A stretch of 64,000 nucleotides of DNA, from positions 57,412,001 to 57,476,000 of the forward strand of contig OX597820.1 in assembly GCA_951406725.2 (NCBI GenBank), in the 5' to 3' direction. Below are positions 54,258 to 64,000 of the stretch, piece after piece. This DNA is from Octopus vulgaris (Eukaryota). A program made the position numbers and the translations under genes. Each line of letters opens with the position of its first letter. Positions within the stretch are counted from its first letter, which is position 1. A model generated the notes under the pieces. The model made no database searches, had not been told where the DNA came from, and saw only the letters and a program-made list of their open reading frames with translations.

Positions 54258-54317
<60 letters not shown>

Positions 54318-54575
54318 TTGTGTGTCTGTGACTGTTCCCCCAACACCGCTTGACAACCGAAGCTGGTGTGTTTACGTCCTCGTAACTTAGCGGTTCGGCA
54401 AAAGATACCGATAAATACAAAGATAGAATATCTTTAGAAGATAGAACACCGATAGAATAGAATACAAAGAATAAGTCCTGGGGTCGATTTGTTCGACTAA
54501 AGGCGGTGCTCCAGCATGGCCACAGTCAAATGACTGAAACAAGTAAAAAAAAAAGAGTAAAAAAGAGAATAAAAG
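54040..54575 (+). mobile_element. SINE family B (a further 3' half lies at 57365-57637)
   Basis: Homologous to 4017-4476. Confidence 0.88.
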
Positions 54576-55756
54576 ACATCTTAAAAACCAATGTTAATCT
54601 AAGATTCAAAGACGGGTGAAGCATTTTGCCCAGAATGCTAACAACTCTGGCAGCTCACCACTCTACCTTAGAAATAACATTAATTTCAAATTTTGACACG
54701 AGGCCTGCAATTTCTTTGGAGCGGGTGGTTAGTTGATTTCTCCGGTGCTTATTTTATCGACCTCAAAAAGATGAAAAGCAAAAACCGACTTTGGCGGAAT
54801 TTAAACTCAGAACGTAAGAACGGACGAAATGTTGCTCAAGCATTTTGTCCGGAGAGCTAACGATTGTGCCAGCTCGCCACCTGACCTTAAAACTTATATT
54901 GAAGCAGAAAATCGAAAAAAATACACGTGAAAATAAGTACAAGCCATTTATTAAAATCTGGAGGCACATGGCCTAGTGGTTAGAGCAGCGGACTCGTGGT
55001 CGAGGAATTGCGGGTTTTTTGGCGGGGGGCGTTAAGTCGCAGTTGAGCAGTGAAGTCGATGAGGTCGACTTGATTCCTTTCCTGAAGTTTCTGGCCTTGT
55101 GCCAAAATCTGAAACCGCTAATTAATTACGTGTTCAGTTCAAAATCTTGATGTAATTTTACCTTTTATCACTCTGCCGGTGATGAGATATAGGGATGGTT
55201 GCTCAGGTAAAATACCAGTAATATACTGAGACCTACTAATCTTAATGAACATGTGATTGTGGGTTAAAGAAGAGAAATCAGCATTGATATGTTATTGGAA
55301 TTTCTAACACACACACATACAAACACACGCATAACACACAGGTATATTCTATACGCGCACATACGTACGCGGTAATAAAACGCATGCCCCACTATTTACG
55401 TAGTTATTAGTCTTAGCGAGTTGTTTTCATAAAAAGAATTCAACAAATATTCATATAAATTATATATTTCTTGGGGGCAGTAACATAAGTTTATAGTGTG
55501 AAAGGATAGACGAAAACTGCTAACGTCTGATATACGATATAGAAGAAATATGTCTGATCTTACCTTGGAGCAAATCTTCCGTTACACACCCATACACTCA
55601 CGTACACATACGATTATTGGTTTCGAAATTCTTTTTTTAGATCCATCTCTCAGTTATGATTAGATTTCTGCCGTGATTCGTTATATTCAGTAAAGATTCT
55701 CTTACACAATATAGGAGGCAACCAGTTCTTCAGGGCATTGAGCCGGCATGTTTATC

Positions 55757-55837
<81 letters not shown>

Positions 55838-56333
55838 ATTATCTATCTGTCTGTCTGTCTGTCTGCATGTGTGTGTGTGCATGTATTTGTATGTGCGTGT
55901 GGTGGGGACGCTAGGCTTCGTGATTAAGGTGTTGCATTCATGAACGTAAGATTGTGGTTTCGATTCCTGGACAGAGTGATACATCGTGATCTTGAGCAAG
56001 ACACTACATTTCACGTTACTTTAGTCCACTTAGCTCACAACAGTGAATAATACCTTGACGGCCCGTTCCGCAACAGAATCCAGAAAACCGTCCTTATGAT
56101 CATTTTGATATATGTTAAATCGTTAATCCTAGCAAGTTTTTTCTCTTGAAAGTGTACACATCCTCACTCCCATCTGTCGCCAAAAGTATATGCATATACA
56201 TACAAACCCACACACACACACACACCATAAAGGTTCATACACACGTCTACATAAGCACAAGCACAAGAAAAAACAGGGTTAAGAGTAACAATACAGAAAA
56301 AAGGCACAAGGGAGTATACAAAGAGTAAACCAC

Positions 56334-56382
<49 letters not shown>

Positions 56383-57363
56383 TGATTAAGATACTCAGCT
56401 CTAACCAGCAGACCTATAACCAAAAGTATTCTGGCATTTAACATTTCGTTAATTGCTTTTTTTTTTGTATGTTTTCTCAGATATAGTGTATCTATGATTG
56501 CATTATCTATGTTCCTCTGTCCTTTTGTAAGACAGAAAAGGTATAACTAGAGGGAAATTTGGTTGCTATTTCTTGGCAGGTTGACAGACTAAAGTTGATG
56601 ACCTTTCGTTGGCTGGATAAGACCGTCTACTACTGTCAGTGCATCAAATTTCACCTCTATACGACACAGAATAGTAGAGCTCTACCTGATACAAACCACC
56701 TATTGGCACTTTCACCCAAATTATTAATCCTTTCTGTTAAAGACACAAGTCCTGAAATTCTGGGTAGGGGACAGTCGATTACATCGACCCCTGTTGCTCA
56801 GCTGGTTCTTATTTTTATTGACCCTGAAAGGAGAAAAGGCAAAGTCGACCTCGGAGGATTTTGAATTCAGAAAGTAAAGACGGACGAAATACTGCTTAGC
56901 ATTTTACCCTCGGCACTTTGCACCTACTTTATTAATCCTTTCTGTTAAAGGCCTGAAATTCTGAATAGTTGGGGGACAGTCGACTACATCGATTCCAGTG
57001 TTCAACTAGTTCTTATTTTATCGATCTCAAAAAGATGAAAGGCAAAGTCATCCTCAGCAGAATTTGAATTTAGAACATAAAAACGGACGAAATTCTGCTT
57101 AGCCTGGCGTTCTAACGATTCTGCCAGATCAACGCCTTAGGCTCCTTCTCTCTAAATTTTATTGATGAGAAGACAAAGTTGAGTTGGCATCGATATGATT
57201 CTTCTTTCTTTGACATTGTGTTCTACAAATGCAAAAAGTGTTTAAACTTTTAAAACATGGTATTTTTTTCATCCCGTCCATTTTACAATCCTCAGCGGCT
57301 ATCGCCTCTGAGGAAATCTAATGCAAAGTAAAAACCAACATTGATACCTCTGAGTACCAAACA

Positions 57364-57416
<53 letters not shown>

Positions 57417-58416
57417 CGTGTGTGTGTGTGTGTTTGTTTGTGTGTCTATATTTGTCCCCGCAACATCGCTTGACAACCGATGCTGGTGTGTTTACGTCCA
57501 CGTAACGTAGCGGTTCGGCAAAAGAGACCGATAGAATAAGTACTAGACTTCCAAAGAATAAGTCCTGGGTTCGATTTGCTCGACTCAAGTCGGTGCTCCA
57601 GCATGGCCGCAGTCAAATGACTGAAACAAGTAAAAGAGATACATTGATGATTTTGTCTGAGGAAATGAGATGTCTTTTAATTAAATTACGCAGATCATAT
57701 ATGATCACATTTTATATGTGGGTAAACAGTCCGGCAAATATTATTAAGTGTATATTGACAATTTTGATTTTTGACGAGCCTTTCACTTGTTCAACAATTA
57801 GCGATGAAACACGTGGATTTTTTTTTTCTTTAATGCTCAAGAATTGCAGAGCTGTCTTACGATTCAAGTCTCAAACTTGAATTTATTTTCAAAAACAGAA
57901 TTAAAAGCGTTTTTCTTTTTATTTTCAGTCGAATATGAAATCAGAATTCTTAAAGCTATCGAGATTAACAATAACAGTTCTTCTACGACTTCGTTTAGCA
58001 TATTTTTCTAAAACAGATTTTTCAGTTTTAACACCAATAAAAGACAAATTTCTATTGGGAACTTAGAAATTCCTTTAAAAACATCATTGATGAATATTAA
58101 GTCACAGTTTCTTGTATTGTACTAAAATAAACAAAACATATTTATTCCATGGAAGATAGTCATACAATACATTTTTTTGTTATTTGCAACGTGTTATGCA
58201 GTCTAACATTTTCATTATTTATATTTCCTGAGTTTTAATTTGTTATTAACAGGATTTCTTTTAAATTAATCACATGCAGAACTTATTTTTACATGTTGAA
58301 TATTAATACGAAGAAATAGCGAGAAAAATGTATTTGATAAAAAGAAAGGAACGTAAGGAAAGAAAGTTTACGAAACAATGATATAAATAAAACATGGACA
58401 GAAATGTCCAGTAGAG

Positions 58417-59035
58417 CAGCGGTCCCCGATCATTTTTTCAACTACGAACAGGCTTCATGCAAGACAATTTTTTCCACAGACCAGCGGAGCACACACATAA
58501 CAAATAAAGAGCATACTATATAATTTAATAATTTTTTTATTTATTTATGCGCCCTTTTCAAGCCTAGCCAGGCTCATGGGCCCGCTTCCCCGGTTTCTGT
58601 GGCGTATGTGTTCTACCCAGCGGGACGAGACGCCAGTCCATCGCAGCGTTACTCAAGAAACAGGAAGGGAGAGTGAGAGAAAGTTGGGGCGAAAGAGTAC
58701 AATAGGGGTCGCCACCCCACCCCCTTCCGGAGCCCGGTGGGGCTTTTAGGTGTTTTCGCTCAATAAACACATACAACGCCCGGTCTGAGAATCGAAACCG
58801 CGAGTCCGCTGCCCTAACCACTTGGCCATTGCGCCTCCACGCATATAATTTAATTATCACATATATAATGCAGATATATTACATATATAATTCATGCAGA
58901 ATGCAAAACACTCTGCAGACTGGGATAGACAATAAAGTAGAAATTAGAATTAAAATCTAATTCGTTCTGTGCTGCCCGAGACCAAATAATTCACGACCCA
59001 GTACTGGTTCCCATCCCGTTGTTCGGTGACCACTT
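58417..59035. mobile_element. MER1-like hAT/Charlie MITE with a nested SINE (head A, tail Y, 58545-58840, -)
   Basis: CAGCGGTCCCC..TTTTT..AAGACAATTTTTTCCACAGACC and ..CCAGTACTGGT..GTT.GGTGACCACT resemble both ends of Charlie3/MER1 as recalled. Confidence 0.7.
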
Positions 59036-59902
59036 TTGCTGAGGACGTTAGATTGCCGCAGTATTTTATGATTAAAGAGATTTAATGCCATTATTGAGTT
59101 TAATATATAACATAATATAGAATTATGTATTCTAGTGTTACATAGGTCTTAAGTATTATGTACTAGCGAGTTTCATTAATATAACTGCTATATTCCTGGC
59201 ATGCCAGGGTTTTAACTTGCTTTTGCCATTGTTGTTTAGGTCTAGATTAAGCCTAAAAGACCAAACTTATAATCAAAGGCCTTTCAGCCATGATAAAAGT
59301 CAAAGTTTACTTTGGTCAGCAGACGCACAAAAATAATTAGCTTTTATTCGAATATGCATTCACTTCTCTGCAAGGTGGTAGTATTTATCAGTCATATTTT
59401 TACTTGAATTCTTTTCTTTCTCCGTTCTTTCATTCACCCTAGAAAATATGCAAGAATGATAGTTTCGACATTTGAGAGAGCATGCTATAAACGTTTGAAA
59501 TATGTAATCGAACAGAAAGAGTAAAATCGCGAACAAAGTAATTTTAATAATAAAACAAAAATTTTATTTTTATTTTAGATGATTGATAATTGGGTTAGAT
59601 AACTTTAATTCTCACCACAAGTGATGCTTGGATAGTAAATATGAAACAGATCGCCAACCATATAACACACGCACATACATATTTATATATGCATACATTT
59701 ATATATATATATATATATGTGCGTATGTGTGTGTGTACCGGTGAACGCTGTTGAAACAATTCTAAATTAATCTCGTCATCTGTATACTAAATATATATAC
59801 ACCGTTCAAAGGCATGGTGCTGTGTTTTTTATCGGAGGGAAATCTCTTCACAGAGGTGAGCTAAAAACTCAATATAATAATAATAAGCTTTAAAAAGTGT
59901 TC

Positions 59903-60253
59903 ACCGTGTATTGACTAATGAAAATAGTCTAATATTGGGGGTATATAAGCCCTCGACGGAAGAAAAGTGGGTATTAGTACACGTGGGGAACGAACCCACA
60001 CTTCTCATATTCGTAATAAGTATGGTAACCGATTGCACCAACCCACCCACTGACTTTTCCCCGTTTAGATTTAAGAACTGTAATTTTATAGCGTTGTGTA
60101 AACAAACATGTGAGTTCTTAAATCTAACGGGAAAAAAGTCGATGGATAGGCTGCTATAATCGGTTAATACTCTTGCCGTGAATATAAAGTAGTTAGGTTC
60201 GATTCCCACGCGAACTATTACCCACTTTATTCTATCTTTAGCCAATACACGGT
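59903..60253. repeat. Foldback element with two divergent tRNA-like units
   Basis: Arms 59903-60079 and 60113-60253 are inverted homologues, each with A-box-like and B-box-like motifs. Confidence 0.8.
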
Positions 60254-60332
60254 TTTTTTATTATTATTTACAGAATTTTCACTCATCACCATTTTTTTTT
60301 ATTTAACGCAGAATATGTGTGTGTGTGTGTGT

Positions 60333-60379
<47 letters not shown>

Positions 60380-60861
60380 TGTGTGTGTGTGCGCATCTAT
60401 ATTATATTAAAAATGAACTTCAATCTTGCAATGTTACACAGCCAAACTGTCGCATAATGGGAAAATACTATGAATTAAGGCTCTCCTTAAATGTGAATAG
60501 AAACTGAATAGAACAAATTTCGCGTAAATCGGACAAATGGTTTTTGAGACATTGGCGGTTTGGGGGCGGGGTATTAATACCCAAAACGGTGCATAATGGG
60601 AAAATACTCCGAAAATAGCTTAATCCTGAAAGGGAAGAAACTCTAACCTTTCGATTAGACACATTATGATGCACAAAGTCTTAGTGACTTGCCAACGAAA
60701 AAATACAAGTTCTTTTTTACGGTAAATGTTTCTACTTTCGCTTTTGTTAAACACAATATCTTAATCATTTACGAAAGAGAATGTGATTCAAAAATGTGAT
60801 TTCAAAAATGTAAGTTGTTTTTACAGTAAAGTATTTATATTTTCTTTAAGCAGACCATAAT

Positions 60862-61138
60862 TTATTTATGCACCCTTTTCAAGCCTAGCCAGGCTCATGG
60901 CCTCGGTTTCCCGGTTTCTGTGGCGTATGTGTTCCCCCAGCTGGACGGGACGCCAGTCCATCGCAGCGTTACCCAAGAAACAGAGTACAACAGGGGTCGC
61001 CACCACACCCTGCCGGAGACTCATAGAGCTTCTTTAGGTGTTTTCGCTCAATAAACACACACAGCGCTCGGTCTGGGAATCGAAACCGCGATCCTCCGAC
61101 CGCGAGTACGCTGCCCTAACCACTGGGCCATTGCGCAT
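60862..61138 (-). mobile_element. tRNA-derived SINE (head A, tail Y) with an internal deletion
   Basis: Homologous to 26545-26836. Confidence 0.88.
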
Positions 61139-61622
61139 TCTGTCTTATGTGTAGTTGTAATATAATGTGAACATCATATGGATGCATATAGTAGATACTG
61201 TTTAATTGCAGCTTGCCCCTATTCAGTGTAACAGTATTATTCCTTATTCATTTTATATAGCAAGAGCCTCATTGAATACGGGTTTGCATAGCATCAACCA
61301 CAAAGATACAAAGAGATATGAAGAGATTGAGAAAGAGCAACTGGGACAAGAGAGAGTTCGTAACTTGGAACAAATAAATCTGCTCGAAGAGCATTATATA
61401 TTTTGCCTGTGTTTACTCTTTTCTCCGTTAGACATCGGTGAAATATACGCGTAAATCCCTAGAAGGTTGGACCTAGTGTTCTGCATCTGTAAAAGGTTTA
61501 GCAAAAGCAAACTTCAATCAAGCTGCCGATGCAAATATTTATCGTATGCAACATATGATAAATATGATACATAGATTGGTTGACCGATAGATATATTGAT
61601 AGGAGACAGGTAGATATATATA

Positions 61623-61658
<36 letters not shown>

Positions 61659-61699
61659 TGTATGTATGTATGTATGTATGTATGTATGTATGTATGTAT

Positions 61700-61923
61700 C
61701 GGCGAGCTGGCAGAAACGTTAGCACGCCGGGCGAAATGCTTCGCAGTATTCCGTCTGCCATTACGTTCTGAGTTCAAATTCAGCCGAGGTCGACTTTGCC
61801 TTTCATCCTTTCGGGGTCGATTAAGAAAGTACCAGTTACACACTGGGGTCGATGTAATCGACTTAATCCCTTTGTCTGTTCTTGTTTGTCCCTTCTATGT
61901 TTAGCCCCCTGTCGGCAATAAAG

Positions 61924-61926
<3 letters not shown>
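61700..61926 (+). mobile_element. SINE family C, full length
   Basis: GGCGAGCTGGCAGAAACGTTAG..GAGTTCAAATTC..central domain..AATAAAGAAA. Confidence 0.88.
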
Positions 61927-61969
<43 letters not shown>

Positions 61970-62715
61970 ATGTATGTATGTATGTATGTATGTATGTATG
62001 TATGTATGTATGTATCCATACTGATATGTATAAATAATCGTATTCATGTACGTTTAAGTGTGTGTGTGTGTGTGTAAATACATACATCCAATTAGACACA
62101 CACGAACAAACGCACAACTTCAACGAAATTCTGCATTAAAGTAAGAATCTTTGTTCGCGTTAGCGTGCTTATACTTTGGTCACATTCAATCTTTCTATTA
62201 CCCACTCCAGCCGACAACAATCTTCATTAATTCTTTGAGATTAAATGATTTGCAGAAACACGCACCTGTCCTGGTAATAAATATAGATATACGCCTCATA
62301 TTTTGATTATATATGTATATATTTTGACTCATTTTATTGACTCAGGTTGTCTACATATACACATACACATACATGTGCATATATATATATACATACATAC
62401 GTACATACATATACATATATATAAATACATGCACACACTCACACACACACACACACACACATACACACACGCACCTATGTATATGGAAAGCAGAAACGCA
62501 TACAATTCACAGATAGATCGTAATTTAGTTATTTTAACACCTGTTTCATCAGGAATAAACATCATTAATTCTATAAATACATAAGATACATTATGTATTA
62601 ATATAAATTAATTTAAATCATTTGTATCTCTGTCCCCCCTCTCTCTCTCTCTCTCTCTTTCTCTGTCTCGTTGACTCTTTCTCTTTATACATGTATATAT
62701 CGGTGTATGCATGTA

Positions 62716-62772
<57 letters not shown>

Positions 62773-62775
62773 TTC

Positions 62776-63100
62776 GTATTTCGTTTTCGTTTTTCTTGTT
62801 TCAGCTCAGAGCTGCGGCCATGCTGATGCACCGCCGTTTTGTGCTACACTGTTATTACGAAGAGCCTCCTCTAATATGTGGCACTTGGTGAAGAATGGAG
62901 TTTGATATAGCTACCCTCATTTGCACCTCTTGCCGTGAGGTAGATTCATCTGGTACTCTCGACAGGAAGAGGTCCAGCTTTGATTTCAAAACCGCTACAT
63001 CTACTTTGCGCAAGTTCCTCAGACTCTTTGGGAGAATATTAAAAAGCTGTGGGCCCTTGAAACCCAGACTGTTGCAGTAGCTGGTCCTGAAGCGTGATGG
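62776..63100 (-). mobile_element. CR1/L2-group LINE 3' end (ORF2 C-terminus and 3' UTR)
   Basis: NSLGFKGPQLFNILPKSLRNL..VLKSKLDLFLSRVPDE..SNSILHQ, then a short UTR and (AAAACG)n tail. Confidence 0.85.
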
Positions 63101-63216
63101 CATATATATACATATATACACATATATATATTTATTTATTCGTATAAATGTGTATATATCTGTGACCAAATACGTATATGTACACGTGCATATATGCCGG
63201 CATGCATATGTGTATG

Positions 63217-63247
<31 letters not shown>

Positions 63248-63269
63248 ATATGTATGTATGTATGTATGT

Positions 63270-63570
63270 ATGTGACTTAGTGGTTAGAGTAGTCGGCTTA
63301 CGATCGTATGGTTGTGAGTTCAATTCGCGGCGGCGCGTTGTGTCCTTGAGTAAGAACACTTTATTTCGCGTTGCTCCAGTCCACCCGGCAAGCTAAAATG
63401 GGTAGTATTTGTATTTCAAAAACCATCCTTTTCACGTTTTGTGTCACACTGAATCTCCCCGAGAACTACATATGTCTGTGGAGTGCTCAGCCACTTGTAT
63501 GTTGATTTCACGATCAGGCTGTTCCGTTGATCGGATCAAGTGGGACCCTCGTCGTCATGACAAACAGATT
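63270..63570 (+). mobile_element. CORE-type SINE (head D, tail X)
   Basis: TAGTGGTTAGAGT..GAGTTCAATTC..GTGTCCTTGAGTAAG..TGTGGAGTGCTCAGCCACTT..GACCCTCGTCGTC. Confidence 0.8.
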
Positions 63571-63587
63571 GCCGGTTATGTGTGTAT

Positions 63588-63955
63588 GTCGTAGAGCTGA
63601 TAGTTCCTTGGAAAGTGAACATCAAAGACCTTTTCCTCGGAAAAGAGAGAAATTACAAAAAATGGATTGAAATCTGTGAAACCAATGGATGCGAAGCAAT
63701 ATACCTTCCTGTAGAGACAGGTGTTAGAGGATTTGTTGGAACCGCTGAGAAAGCAGGCTATTACATCCGGCTCAAGAGTGAATACGAGCAGCGCAGCAAG
63801 AACGAGCAATGAGGATGATACAAAACATATAAAACAGAGTGGTTGGCCCCGGGTAGCACTGGTGTCGCAGTAGACGAGGCCGAAATATCTGCATTTCTGT
63901 GCGACACCGCCTGATGCGACGTCGACTCCTGCAAACGGAGACCGATTACAACTGT
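63588..63955 (+). mobile_element. HERO-like RLE LINE 3' fragment
   Basis: VVELIVPWKVN..KERNYKK..CETNG..YLPVETGVRGFV matches the ELTVPWE..K..KY..GW..PVEVGCRGF pattern. Structured 3' UTR. Confidence 0.75.
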
Positions 63956-64000
63956 ATACTGAGGAGGCAAATGTTTATTCTACATGTGTACGTGTGCCTC

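Overview
AT-rich eukaryotic non-coding DNA, almost certainly from a cephalopod (Octopus-type). This is inferred from the microsatellite load and the tRNA-derived SINE families. I found no intact host gene or convincing host exon; nearly all listed ORFs are microsatellite or SINE artefacts. The window is a layered transposon graveyard. DNA transposons: decayed Tc1/IS630-like, pogo/Tigger, DD37D, DD41D, piggyBac and hAT elements, hAT MITEs and two Helitrons. Retroelements: two Ty3/Gypsy relics, several restriction-like-endonuclease LINEs (Dong/R4-like, HERO-like), a CR1-like LINE end and about 30 SINE copies. There is also a U2 snRNA 5' fragment. The most notable signals are: (1) recurrent Penelope-type terminal repeats carrying minimal hammerhead-like motifs with non-canonical cores, some folded back into long palindromes; (2) a foldback element with two divergent tRNA-like units; (3) a (TAA)n array holding two near-identical Dong 3' ends around a non-coding unit, a 24-nt piece of which recurs 16 kb away; (4) a SINE/LINE pair sharing a 3' stem-loop with covarying bases; (5) modular head/tail shuffling among SINEs. 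Family names come from motif recognition, not database searches, and many boundaries are approximate.
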